The notes beneath the pieces were generated by a model. The model was not told the origin of the DNA and did not search any database. It was given only the letters and a program-made list of their open reading frames with translations. From a virus, in the IMG/VR virus record IMGVR_UViG_3300023180_000036, positions 18,463 through 82,462 of that record: DNA of 64,000 nucleotides. One strand, 5' to 3'. Of the stretch, positions 1 through 9,570 are shown one piece after another (position 1 is the first letter of the stretch; every line of letters begins with the position of its first letter). A program made the translations under genes and the position numbers.

Positions 1-6
1 CCTGGT

Positions 7-228
7 ATGATCGTAGGCGGGCTTCTTGGTAGCACAACACCAGGAGCACAAAGACAAAAGATTATAGGTTATAAAACCCAAGAAGTTTGTAATACTGTAT
101 ATCATCCTATAAATCAGCAAGTCAAGTCTCAAATAGTTCATTGGAAATATGGAAGTAAACGTGGTTACTTTTATAGTAATCAGAAACACTTTGTAGGTCA
201 GACCGTAATGGTTGATGTGGATATGTAA
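7..228 (+). CDS. hypothetical protein, probably 5'-truncated by the window (glycine-zipper-like start)
   Basis: Frame is open at the window edge; begins GMIVGGLLG. Confidence 0.55.
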   Translation: MIVGGLLGSTTPGAQRQKIIGYKTQEVCNTVYHPINQQVKSQIVHWKYGSKRGYFYSNQKHFVGQTVMVDVDM

Positions 229-242
229 TAAAGGTTTATATC

Positions 243-416
243 ATGAGAAACGTGAATACACAGAATACTTTTTCTGTTGATAATGATGGTCACATTCGTC
301 TTAAAACAAGCTCGACACCCAAAGATATGGGCATCCAAAACGGAGATACATTTGCAGTTTTAATAATTGAAGGCGAAGCCGTTTTAGTGAGAATGGAATT
401 AGAATTGAAAGAGTAA
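243..416 (+). CDS. small hypothetical protein (57 aa, not in ORF track), weak AbrB-like pattern
   Basis: ATG 243 after AAGG; MRNVNTQNTFSVDNDGHIRLK...MGIQNGDTFAV; stop overlaps next ATG (TAATG). Confidence 0.55.
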   Translation: MRNVNTQNTFSVDNDGHIRLKTSSTPKDMGIQNGDTFAVLIIEGEAVLVRMELELKE

Positions 417-661
417 TGAAAGAATCTAATTTAAAATCTCGTAAATTAATTTTTCTAAAAGATATAATTGAAACCAAAGTTCGTAAAGAACAAGAGTTGG
501 CTTATTATCAGAAAAAACTTGAAGAATTAAAAGAAAAAATGAACTATCTTCGTCATGATATTGACTTGACTAATACTATCATTAATATTATTGAAGAAGA
601 AAAAATTATTGATTTTAAAGAGCAAATGGAAGAAAGATTGCTTCTAAAGGATGATAAATAA
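416..661 (+). CDS. hypothetical coiled-coil protein
   Basis: Tightly packed ORF, heptad-like K/E-rich sequence. Confidence 0.7.
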   Translation: MKESNLKSRKLIFLKDIIETKVRKEQELAYYQKKLEELKEKMNYLRHDIDLTNTIINIIEEEKIIDFKEQMEERLLLKDDK

Positions 662-854
662 AGTGACGTGTAATAATCACCATTTATTTTTTGAACCATT
701 AAAAAATGGTCACTTTAAAGCAGTTGATACATGGTGTGGGTATAAGATAAATCAAAAAATTTGGTATTGTTCAGATAAATGTAAAGATAAAGGCATTGAA
801 GGATCACCTAAAGGATATATATCATCTGATGACGAACCTATAATGAACGATTAA
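651..854 (+). CDS. hypothetical Cys-containing protein
   Basis: WCG...YCSDKC motif; overlaps upstream stop. Confidence 0.6.
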   Translation: MINKVTCNNHHLFFEPLKNGHFKAVDTWCGYKINQKIWYCSDKCKDKGIEGSPKGYISSDDEPIMND

Positions 855-864
855 AGGAAATTAT

Positions 865-1167
865 ATGAGTAAACTTCCATATGCATTTAAAAGAGATTTA
901 CAAAATTTAATTCAAGCTCACAGATTGGATAATATCTGTGGAAAACCAACTTACTTATTAGCGGATTATATAATGAAACAAATCGAAGCTTTTCAAAGTC
1001 AACATATTGAACCTAGAAATTGGTGGAATGATATAAATAGTAATGTACCATCCCCTGTTTTTGAAAAAGGTTATCCTTCATATGAAGCGGTAAATAAAGA
1101 TCAGCCGGTTCAAGAAAGATATCATGAATATATGGGAAGAATGTTAAAGGAAAATGCAGATGAGTGA
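865..1167 (+). CDS. hypothetical protein
   Basis: AAGGA RBS, packed ORF. Confidence 0.65.
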   Translation: MSKLPYAFKRDLQNLIQAHRLDNICGKPTYLLADYIMKQIEAFQSQHIEPRNWWNDINSNVPSPVFEKGYPSYEAVNKDQPVQERYHEYMGRMLKENADE

Positions 1168-1420
1168 TATTTTTGATTTTGGTTTTACAGCAGTAGATGA
1201 ATCTGAACTAGAAGCTGTACAAGCTCTTGGTGCAACTGCTAAAGATGTAGAGGAAAAAGCTTCTACTACGCAAGACAAACTTGATAAGTTGTATAACGCT
1301 ATTATCCCGCTTTTAAATAATCTTAAAGCAAATCCAGAAAAAGAATATATTCTCTGGCCGAATCGGTTATCAAAAGTAGAAGCCTTTGAAACACATTTAA
1401 CAGATATATACAATTCATAA
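1154..1420 (+). CDS. hypothetical phage protein
   Basis: DFGFTAVDE...LKANPEKEYILWPNR; packed ORF with RBS. Confidence 0.7.
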   Translation: MQMSDIFDFGFTAVDESELEAVQALGATAKDVEEKASTTQDKLDKLYNAIIPLLNNLKANPEKEYILWPNRLSKVEAFETHLTDIYNS

Positions 1421-1455
1421 AATTATAAGTTATTTATTTTATTAGATTCTTTTTT

Positions 1456-1485
1456 GTTTACATTTCATACAAAATGTAGTATGTT
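1456..1485 (+). promoter_or_regulatory. early-type sigma70 promoter
   Basis: GTTTACA-17 nt-TATGTT, T4 early-like -35. Confidence 0.65.
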
Positions 1486-1498
1486 ATAAGTGTAGGCA

Positions 1499-2155
1499 AT
1501 GAAAGGATCTATAATGCAGATTATTAACTCACATCAGAAAGCGCTTTACAATCATCTAAAACAAAAAGGATGGAATCATGAAGTTATAAGCGCTTATCTT
1601 AAATATGAGAGAAATAAAAAATCCATTATTCATACTAAAAGAATTACTCTTGGTACAGATTCTCAAAAAACAAAAACATATAAAGCCGAATGGGCTTTTG
1701 AAGCAAAGTGTAAGAACGATATTATAGACTTTGATGATTTAAAAGAAGCCGAAAAATTTATGAAACGAGTCATAAATTCAAAAACTTGGCTTCAACTTTG
1801 CGGCGGATTGGGACGTAGAATACCAATATTAGAAACAAACGGGTTTCGTGGTAAAACAGCAGGACGTGCCTTTGTAAATAAGATACAGCTTTGTCCTAAA
1901 AATGGAATGAATTCATATACCTTATTACACGAACTTGCACATGTGGCTGGGTATATGCATCACGATGTAGGATTTCGCATTTGCCTTCTTAAATTAGTGT
2001 CTCGTTTTATAGGTAGAAAGCCTGCTGATGAATTAAAGAAACAATTCAAAGCTCTGAAACTAAAAGTTACTATTAGTAATCATATTAAATCTCCTGAACA
2101 GTGGCTCAAAACATATGAAAGATTAGAAAATGCAAGGGCTGCTCGAGCAGCCTAA
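1499..2155 (+). CDS. HExxH zinc metallopeptidase-like protein (SprT-like)
   Basis: YTLLHELAHVAGYMHHDVGF motif. Confidence 0.65.
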   Translation: MKGSIMQIINSHQKALYNHLKQKGWNHEVISAYLKYERNKKSIIHTKRITLGTDSQKTKTYKAEWAFEAKCKNDIIDFDDLKEAEKFMKRVINSKTWLQLCGGLGRRIPILETNGFRGKTAGRAFVNKIQLCPKNGMNSYTLLHELAHVAGYMHHDVGFRICLLKLVSRFIGRKPADELKKQFKALKLKVTISNHIKSPEQWLKTYERLENARAARAA

Positions 2156-2193
2156 TACTTTTGTATATGGAAAGATAATGAGTATAGGTATAC

Positions 2194-2232
2194 ATTTTAG
2201 GGGTTTACAAACCATTAAAAATGTGATATGTT
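2194..2232 (+). promoter_or_regulatory. early promoter cassette
   Basis: ATTTTAGGGGTTTACAA...TATGTT with 17-nt spacer; repeated elsewhere in window. Confidence 0.75.
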
Positions 2233-2257
2233 CAAAATATAAAGAAAGGAATAAAGT

Positions 2258-2845
2258 ATGATTAACAATATGAATAAGATAATCTTAACAGATTGCGATG
2301 GAGTTCTCATGAACTGGGAATTTGCTTTTAATCTTTGGATGAAACATAAAGGTTATTCAGTCGCTCCAGGTAAAGAAAATGCTTATGATATGGGCGAGCG
2401 TTATGATTTAGATAATCAAACTAAAAAATTAGTTGTTCAAACTTTTAATGAATCCGCAGCTATTGGTTTTCTACCTCCCCTACGTGATGCAATGTATTAT
2501 GTAGATTTACTTCATCGTAAACATGGATTTACTTTTCATATGATTACATCATTATCTCTTGATCCATCAGCTCAAGCTCTTCGGATTGAAAATACTAAAA
2601 AACTATTTGGTGAAACAGCATTTAGTAGTTTTTCTTTTGCAGATACTGGTGCTGATAAAGATGATGTTTTGGAACCATATAGAGATACTGGATATATTTG
2701 GCTTGAAGATAAAACAGAAAATGCCGAACTTGGAGATCGGCTCGGATTAGAAAGCATTCTTATTGAACATGGTCATAATATGAATAATAAACAATTCCCT
2801 TTAATGAAAAACTGGAGAGATTTATATGAATATGTCACTGTCTGA
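2258..2845 (+). CDS. HAD-family phosphatase / 5'-nucleotidase (T4 gp30.2-like)
   Basis: ILTDCDGVL motif I, ITS motif II, WLEDK motif IV. Confidence 0.8.
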   Translation: MINNMNKIILTDCDGVLMNWEFAFNLWMKHKGYSVAPGKENAYDMGERYDLDNQTKKLVVQTFNESAAIGFLPPLRDAMYYVDLLHRKHGFTFHMITSLSLDPSAQALRIENTKKLFGETAFSSFSFADTGADKDDVLEPYRDTGYIWLEDKTENAELGDRLGLESILIEHGHNMNNKQFPLMKNWRDLYEYVTV

Positions 2846-3038
2846 ACTATTAGTTTTAAGATCCGAGTATGAAGACTTGGCAAGAAATTTTGATGTTGCT
2901 GAGGATAAGCGTCATGGAGTTATAAATAGCTTAGAGTGGTTTAAACGATATGGTAATCGCAAAAACAGATTTAGAAATGGCTATGATAGAGCAATAGAAA
3001 TATGTAATGTCATGCTGAAAGAAATTAAAAGGGAATAG
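2826..3038 (+). CDS. hypothetical protein
   Basis: Packed ORF; contains a TATAAATA box at 2921-2928. Confidence 0.6.
   Translation: MNMSLSELLVLRSEYEDLARNFDVAEDKRHGVINSLEWFKRYGNRKNRFRNGYDRAIEICNVMLKEIKRE
2921..2928 (+). promoter_or_regulatory. T4-type late promoter (gp55-dependent) upstream of structural cluster
   Basis: TATAAATA 112 nt before the 3041 ORF. Confidence 0.5.
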
Positions 3039-3040
3039 GA

Positions 3041-3721
3041 ATGCCATCAAAGTCAGTCCTTATAGCACGAGCTTTTAGTAAAACAGGGGTCTTATCTACA
3101 GTTATAGATTCGGCTCCTTCCTTGTCATATGGAGATAATAATGTTTTATCTTTAATAGATTCTTCATATGTTTCAAGTAGGGCCCCGGCGGGTTATACTG
3201 ATGGTGACGTCTTGTTGTTAATAGATTCGGCTTATGTTACGGCTCGAGCTCCAGCCGGTGGTGGAAGTTCTATAACTACGTACGCTAATCTTGCTGCCTT
3301 TCCTTCAACTGGAAATACACTTTCAGATCAAGGATATGATGAAGAAACGGATACTTTATACATATGGAACGGGACTCAGTGGCTGGATATAAATAGACAA
3401 ACAGTGTTTTCTTATTACTTAGTAAATGCTGGAAATTTCACTGGACCAAAAGAAGGCACTCAAACGATAACACCTAACAACAATATTACGCTCGTTAATC
3501 TTGCGGCTTCAATAGATGCCGAGGTTGGATCCGCTGTGATATTTGATGTTGAAAAAAATGATTCTGCGGTTCAAACATTTACAATACCTTCAGGTCAAAC
3601 TGAAATAAACGCAAACTTTAATTCAAACATAACCTTTACAAACACCGATAATATATCAGTTGATATAACTTCCGGAAGCGCAAAGGATCTGGTCGTAAAA
3701 ATAAACTATAAGGAAACATAA
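3041..3721 (+). CDS. putative virion structural / fibre-associated protein
   Basis: Repeated IDS[S/A]YV..RAP motif and LYIWNGTQW typical of fibre proteins. Confidence 0.6.
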   Translation: MPSKSVLIARAFSKTGVLSTVIDSAPSLSYGDNNVLSLIDSSYVSSRAPAGYTDGDVLLLIDSAYVTARAPAGGGSSITTYANLAAFPSTGNTLSDQGYDEETDTLYIWNGTQWLDINRQTVFSYYLVNAGNFTGPKEGTQTITPNNNITLVNLAASIDAEVGSAVIFDVEKNDSAVQTFTIPSGQTEINANFNSNITFTNTDNISVDITSGSAKDLVVKINYKET

Positions 3722-3723
3722 AA

Positions 3724-5094
3724 ATGGCAGTTACAGTTACAGATAACTCACTTAGTACAAACGCTAGGTATGTAGTTTATTCTGGAAGTACGGTAGCAGA
3801 CGATGCTCAGACAATTCTACTTGGTATCAAAGATGCACTTGTTAATCTAGGATGGACTAAATGGGATAATGCTGGAGCAAATGCAGTGCTGGGTACAGCT
3901 GCTGATGCAAAAATCATTATGAGAAAAGAAACTTACGATAACGCGAGTTCTGGCCACTATAAGTACATGATACTTAGGTTGAGTTCAACGGGATCGGCTC
4001 ATACTCTTAAGATAGCATATGCTGCTGATCACTCAAATAATGCGTCTTATAACAGTTGGGTAAACATAGCATATAACAGAACATCGTTTAATGACAATGA
4101 AGGCAAAGCTATTACTTTATCATTTTTATCAGGAGGATCCATTTGGATATTTGTCGAAGATCATTCTATTGTTTTTAAGTTTACGGGAACTGGATTCACT
4201 GAAGCCACTCAGGGTTCATGTTTATATTTTGGAGAGTATGAGAAAATATTTGGAGAAGCCTGTGATGCTTCTACTGGTTACATACACAATGGCGTTGCTA
4301 TAGACGGAAATGATTTTGTGACTCGTACTGGAACATTTGGCTATTATAATGGTATATGGGCAAATGGGTCTTACGGTGGATCAGCCTCTGGCTATGTTGG
4401 ATATGTAAATCCAAAACTAGCCGGTACCGGTGGAGGTTTTGGGTCTCAGTTTGCTTTAACAGAATATCCACAAGCAGCTGGTTCTACATATACTATTTTG
4501 CGCGCCGGTCAGGCGAATTGGAATGCTCCATTAGCTTCGACTTCAGCCACTGATGCTGATGGTATACTTGATTATACCCGAGCACATCTGGGATGGTTAG
4601 GATGGATAGGACATGTGGCCCCGGCGCACATATCTAACTTAGCAACGGTAATTGATGGTTCCCAATCCCAAAGCGTTCCTCAAACGGATATGTTTACTTC
4701 TGGATATTGGAGATACACTACTACTCCAGTGGAAGAGATAGCACAATTTTTGCCCAATCCTTCTAGCCCGTCATCAATAGCTCTATATGAACCTGTGATT
4801 TCTTCTGGAACTGTTAATTATAATCATCTTACCTCTTCCAGCGCTCATTCATATGATAGCTACAGTTCTAGTTCACAAAGAAGAGGATTTGCTATACATG
4901 GAAAGCTTTTAGGTTTTAGAATGTCTGCAGGTCAACCGCCTACTGAATCAGGGGGCTATCAGTTTTTAGATACCGGAACTATACCTTTAGACGCCGATGG
5001 TTACTATAGTGCTTCTGGTACACCTACTTCATGTTGGGCAATTCCAATATTTAACGGTACTAGAGCAAGCGCGTGCATATGGGTTAAGAAATGA
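3724..5094 (+). CDS. putative virion structural protein (G/S/T/aromatic-rich)
   Basis: 456 aa, beta-rich composition, in late cluster before gp13. Confidence 0.55.
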   Translation: MAVTVTDNSLSTNARYVVYSGSTVADDAQTILLGIKDALVNLGWTKWDNAGANAVLGTAADAKIIMRKETYDNASSGHYKYMILRLSSTGSAHTLKIAYAADHSNNASYNSWVNIAYNRTSFNDNEGKAITLSFLSGGSIWIFVEDHSIVFKFTGTGFTEATQGSCLYFGEYEKIFGEACDASTGYIHNGVAIDGNDFVTRTGTFGYYNGIWANGSYGGSASGYVGYVNPKLAGTGGGFGSQFALTEYPQAAGSTYTILRAGQANWNAPLASTSATDADGILDYTRAHLGWLGWIGHVAPAHISNLATVIDGSQSQSVPQTDMFTSGYWRYTTTPVEEIAQFLPNPSSPSSIALYEPVISSGTVNYNHLTSSSAHSYDSYSSSSQRRGFAIHGKLLGFRMSAGQPPTESGGYQFLDTGTIPLDADGYYSASGTPTSCWAIPIFNGTRASACIWVKK

Positions 5095-5534
5095 CTTTAG
5101 CAAATAATCCAACACCTGATTCAATAGGTACTGGGGATTTTTATTTTGATTCAGCTGGAGATATTGTTGAAGCTAATACCGATTTAGTTTCGGCTATATC
5201 TCTTTCTTCTACATCATCCACAGGATCTTTAGAATTTTCAAACATATCTTCATCCAATCCAAAAACTGGATTTAACAATACGGAAATATTAGAAGCACAA
5301 TCTATAACATCAACCTCGTCTACAGGAGTTTTAGAATACGCAAACATATCTTCATCCAATCCAAAAACTGGATTTAACAACACAGATATATTTGAAATTC
5401 AATCTGTATCATCTCATACGCCTACTGCTATTATTACACAAGCAGAAATAAAAGCAAATAATCCAATTACTGGATTCGGCACTTCTGGTGTGGATCCAAA
5501 AATAATTAAATACGAAATGACAATAAGGATATAA
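5091..5534 (+). CDS. hypothetical protein with 34-aa internal repeats
   Basis: NISSSNPKTGFNNT twice plus a degenerate third copy. Confidence 0.65.
   Translation: MTLANNPTPDSIGTGDFYFDSAGDIVEANTDLVSAISLSSTSSTGSLEFSNISSSNPKTGFNNTEILEAQSITSTSSTGVLEYANISSSNPKTGFNNTDIFEIQSVSSHTPTAIITQAEIKANNPITGFGTSGVDPKIIKYEMTIRI
5239..5380 (+). repeat. 40-bp exact direct repeat (5239-5278 and 5341-5380), period 102 bp
   Basis: CAAACATATCTTCATCCAATCCAAAAACTGGATTTAACAA twice. Confidence 0.9.
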
Positions 5535-5539
5535 AACAA

Positions 5540-5836
5540 ATGTCTGAAGAATTACTTGCTACTTTAAAAGTACAAATGAAACACCTCATAGATGAAGCTT
5601 GTGATATCTATATGTTTAACATTTCAACAGATACACACAGCAGAATTAGAATGAAAGCCGCTCAAGATTTTAATAGTAGAATTTGGCTTTTACATTTCGA
5701 TGAATCAAATGCTTGGATTGCTTCAACAGGAGCTCCCGCAAATAATGCTGATCATTATACGCAGGTCGCTTTGTGGGAGAATCTTCCAGTTGAAAAAATG
5801 GTTCCTCCTGTTGAAATAAGCGAAGACTCTGCATAA
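5540..5836 (+). CDS. hypothetical protein
   Basis: AAGGA RBS, packed ORF. Confidence 0.65.
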   Translation: MSEELLATLKVQMKHLIDEACDIYMFNISTDTHSRIRMKAAQDFNSRIWLLHFDESNAWIASTGAPANNADHYTQVALWENLPVEKMVPPVEISEDSA

Positions 5837-5862
5837 ATAACCAAAGCTTAATTATTTTTTTA

Positions 5863-5870
5863 TATAAATA
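5863..5870 (+). promoter_or_regulatory. T4-type late promoter
   Basis: Intergenic TATAAATA before gp13. Confidence 0.85.
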
Positions 5871-5901
5871 GTAGCAAATACTATTTAATAGGAAAGTTAT
5901 A

Positions 5902-6657
5902 ATGGCTGCAGTTACATCAAGAGATGAATTATCCGAATATTGTTTAAGAAGGCTTGGCGCTCCAGTTATAGAGATAAACGTTGATCCAGATCAAGTTGAA
6001 GATAGAATAGATGAAGCCCTTGAATTTTTTCAAGAGTTTCATTCTGATGCTACACTGCGTACTTATTTCAAACATCTTATAACAGAAACAGATGTAGAAA
6101 ACGAGTACATTACAATGCCTAATAATATAGACATTGTTTCTAAACTTTTTCCCGTTTCAAGTTCTAGTAATAACAGCATTGATATGTTCAGTGTTAAGTA
6201 TCAAATGATGCTTAATGATATTACTGATCTTCAAAACTTTGCTGGTGATCTTGCGTATTATACTCAACTACAGCAATATTTAACTTTGATTGATATGAAG
6301 TTAAATGGTTTGCCTCAAGTACAATTTTCCAGACATCAGAACAGACTTTATATTTTTGGAGATTTTAATGATAAAGATATAAAAGCTGGAGACTATATTG
6401 TGGCTGAAGTATATCAGATAATTGATCCAGATACACATACCAATGTTTACAATGATAAGTTTATCAAAGCGTATAGTACCGCACTTATCAAGAGACAATG
6501 GGGTGCTAATCTTTTAAAGTTTGAAGGAATGCAACTACCCGGTGGTGTGATGTTAAACGGGCGGCAGATTTATGAAGATGCAATGCAAGACATTGAAAAA
6601 CTTGAAGAGAATATACGCCTAGAGCATGAAATGCCAGCAGACTTTTTTGTAGGATAA
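5902..6657 (+). CDS. gp13: neck protein
   Basis: YCLRRLGAPVIEINVD, KRQWGANLLKFEGMQLPGGV; T4-like synteny. Confidence 0.92.
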   Translation: MAAVTSRDELSEYCLRRLGAPVIEINVDPDQVEDRIDEALEFFQEFHSDATLRTYFKHLITETDVENEYITMPNNIDIVSKLFPVSSSSNNSIDMFSVKYQMMLNDITDLQNFAGDLAYYTQLQQYLTLIDMKLNGLPQVQFSRHQNRLYIFGDFNDKDIKAGDYIVAEVYQIIDPDTHTNVYNDKFIKAYSTALIKRQWGANLLKFEGMQLPGGVMLNGRQIYEDAMQDIEKLEENIRLEHEMPADFFVG

Positions 6658-6660
6658 TAG

Positions 6661-7623
6661 ATGGCTCTTAATCATTATTTTAATCAGAAAGCCAAAAATG
6701 AACAAAATCTCTATGAAGATATAATCATAGAGAGTCTAAAAATATACGGTCAAGATGTATATTATTTGCCTCGTGAGATAGTAAACGAAAATGATATATT
6801 TGGTGAAGATGTCCCATCTAAATTTTCTTCAGCTTATAAAATAGAAATGTATATAGAAAATACAGAAGGATTTGACGGAGAAGGTGATCTATTTACCAAA
6901 TTTGGTGTTGAAATAAGAGATGCTGCTACATTTATAGTTTCCAGAAAGAGATGGACTAATGTAGTTGGCCAAATGAACAATAAAATAGAAAGTATTAGAC
7001 CTAGAGAAGGTGATCTAATTTATCTTACTCTTACAAATAAACTATTTGAAATTATGCATGTTGAACACGAACAGCCTTTTTACCAACTAAGCAATCTTCC
7101 TACATTTAAATTAAGATGCGAGCTATTTACATACAGTGATGAAAGACTTGATACAAACGTTGATGTAATTGATAATATAGAAAAATTAGGCTATAATCTT
7201 AAACTGCTTATGAATCAAGGTGTTGATAGTATTAATTCTCGTTACTCATATGACTTTATGGAAGGTGAATTTGTTCAACAAACTCTATCAAATGGTAAAG
7301 TTCTCACAGCTGAAGTTCTTGAATATAATCAACAATTAAATTATGTTGTAGTTTCTCATATAAGCACAAGTGATGGTAGCTACGGAATGTTTGTTCCTGG
7401 AACTATAACTAATACAAGAGAAAGAAATATATCAGGTGCTCTTGCATTTGTTGGTGATTCTTCAATACAAGTTGAAAGAACACTTATTAGTATAAATGAA
7501 AATATTTACGGTGATAGTAGTTTTGCACAAAATGATGTATTTGATACAACCGAAAATTCATTTGCATTAGATTTCCTAGACTTTTCTGAAACTAACCCAT
7601 TTGGTGATCCAGAGGATTTATAA
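6661..7623 (+). CDS. gp14: neck / head closure protein
   Basis: ESLKIYGQDVYYLPRE, PREGDLIY, DFSETNPFG. Confidence 0.9.
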   Translation: MALNHYFNQKAKNEQNLYEDIIIESLKIYGQDVYYLPREIVNENDIFGEDVPSKFSSAYKIEMYIENTEGFDGEGDLFTKFGVEIRDAATFIVSRKRWTNVVGQMNNKIESIRPREGDLIYLTLTNKLFEIMHVEHEQPFYQLSNLPTFKLRCELFTYSDERLDTNVDVIDNIEKLGYNLKLLMNQGVDSINSRYSYDFMEGEFVQQTLSNGKVLTAEVLEYNQQLNYVVVSHISTSDGSYGMFVPGTITNTRERNISGALAFVGDSSIQVERTLISINENIYGDSSFAQNDVFDTTENSFALDFLDFSETNPFGDPEDL

Positions 7624-8474
7624 TGTTTACATATTTTTACCATCAGAGAATAAGAAAGTCAGTAGCTTTATTTGGAACCCTTTTTAATAACATTTATGTT
7701 ATTCGTAAAGATAAAACTGGAAAATCAATTAGTCAAATTAAAGTGCCTTTAGCATATGCACCAAGAGAAAAATATTTAGAAAGAATTAGAACAAATCCAG
7801 ATTTAAGAAATAATTCTCAGATTGCTCTTAAACTTCCTAGAATGTCATTTGAAATTACAAGTATTGGATATGACCCAGAAAGAAAACTTCCTAAATTAAA
7901 TAATTATCATAGAGGTATTACTAATACAACAAGGGATAAGTTTTTTTCTCCAAGTCCATATCAGATTACTTTTCAATTAAATATTTTTTCTAAAAATCAA
8001 GACGATGCCTTACAAATAGTTGAGCAGATTCTTCCTTACTTTAATCCTCAATATACTATTAGTATTAAACCTTTTAATGATGCTCATTCTGATATAGTTG
8101 AAGATGTTCCTGTTACAATACAGGGTGTAAATTTTAGTGATGATTTTGAAGGAACGCTTGAAAATAGAAGAACAATTATTTATACATTAGATTTTGGAAT
8201 GTCTGTTAACTTTTACGGTCCAATTGATCCTCAATCAATTGTTCGTCGTGTGGATACTACCATACATCAAGCTGTAGATTTCAGTGTTACCGATGATCCA
8301 AAATTAGAAAGAATTATTACCACACCGAATCCTATTGAAGTTAATCCAGATAGTGATTATGGATTTGACACAACATTAGACGTATATGATAATGAACCAG
8401 AAGTTATATTATCATCACTATATGTCGAAGATGATTATGTATTATCAGGTTATGTAGACTCTTCGGGTGCATAA
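7623..8474 (+). CDS. gp15: tail sheath stabiliser / completion protein
   Basis: FGTLFNNI, KVPLAYAP, LPRMSFEIT, QIVEQILPYF. Confidence 0.9.
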   Translation: MFTYFYHQRIRKSVALFGTLFNNIYVIRKDKTGKSISQIKVPLAYAPREKYLERIRTNPDLRNNSQIALKLPRMSFEITSIGYDPERKLPKLNNYHRGITNTTRDKFFSPSPYQITFQLNIFSKNQDDALQIVEQILPYFNPQYTISIKPFNDAHSDIVEDVPVTIQGVNFSDDFEGTLENRRTIIYTLDFGMSVNFYGPIDPQSIVRRVDTTIHQAVDFSVTDDPKLERIITTPNPIEVNPDSDYGFDTTLDVYDNEPEVILSSLYVEDDYVLSGYVDSSGA

Positions 8475-8489
8475 AAACAGGAGATAGAA

Positions 8490-9569
8490 ATGCCAATTGT
8501 TCTTAGAAACAGTAAAAACTCTGCTCTAACACACTCGGAGCTTGACGGAAACTTTACGGATCTTGATACTCGAGTTAATTCAAAAGCAGATTCATCTACT
8601 ATTACAGGAATAGTAGATCAAGATTATATTAGAAATAGACAGATTACATATTTGGATTCTGTTGATATTACATCAAGGATTACATCACTTATTGATTCTA
8701 ATTATATACAAACAAGACAAAATACTTATGATAATGCAGATGTTAATACTCACTTAAATCTTGGTAATGCTGCTCCTAATCAAATTCTTAGTTGGACAGG
8801 TGCAGACTTTGATTGGATTAATCAGACATCAGGAACTGGTGGAGGAATTGATTCTGCTGTAGTTATTAATATTGTAGATTCAGCATATATTCAAGCTAGA
8901 CAACAGACAGCAGTAACTTATACAAATTCAGATGTTGACACTCATCTAAACACAAGCACCGCAAGCGCAAATGAAATTTTAAGTTGGACTGGTACTGATT
9001 ATGATTGGGTAGCACAGTCGGGTGGTGGTAGCGGATTGGATTCTGCGGGTGTTGCTTCTTATTTGAATGGAGGTTGGAACTTTCATCTTATTCCTGATAC
9101 AAATTCTACTTATGATATCGGCAGCGCAGAATATAAGGTAAGACACTTATATTTAAGTGATAATAGTTTATATTTCGACTCTGGTCAGACTAGTATAGGA
9201 TTTGAAACTATAGGAACTAGTAAAAATCTTAAATTTAATAATAATGTAGTAAAAGAAGCATCTCATACCGAAGAAGCAGGCGGACCAGTTGATATAAGTA
9301 AAACAAACCATTTTGTTACTACAGGAGCTACATATGACCTTCCAAATGGAGAGTATGTAGGACAAGAATTAAAATTCTGGCATAAAACACAAGGCGGAAC
9401 AAACATAGTTAGAGTGAATGTGCTTAATGCAAAATGGAGAAATGGTGGTGGAGTACTAAGTACTATTCCTAATATGTTATGGGATCAAGATAAAACAAAT
9501 ACTGCATGCTATGGCTGCATCTGGGATGGTGAAGCTTGGATTATTGGAGAAGGTTCATTAGGAGCATAA
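8490..9569 (+). CDS. fibre-like structural protein
   Basis: LTHSELDGNF N-terminus, duplicated VxTHLN...ILSWTGxDxDW, PDTNSTYDIGS fibre motif. Confidence 0.65.
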   Translation: MPIVLRNSKNSALTHSELDGNFTDLDTRVNSKADSSTITGIVDQDYIRNRQITYLDSVDITSRITSLIDSNYIQTRQNTYDNADVNTHLNLGNAAPNQILSWTGADFDWINQTSGTGGGIDSAVVINIVDSAYIQARQQTAVTYTNSDVDTHLNTSTASANEILSWTGTDYDWVAQSGGGSGLDSAGVASYLNGGWNFHLIPDTNSTYDIGSAEYKVRHLYLSDNSLYFDSGQTSIGFETIGTSKNLKFNNNVVKEASHTEEAGGPVDISKTNHFVTTGATYDLPNGEYVGQELKFWHKTQGGTNIVRVNVLNAKWRNGGGVLSTIPNMLWDQDKTNTACYGCIWDGEAWIIGEGSLGA

Positions 9570-9570
9570 C

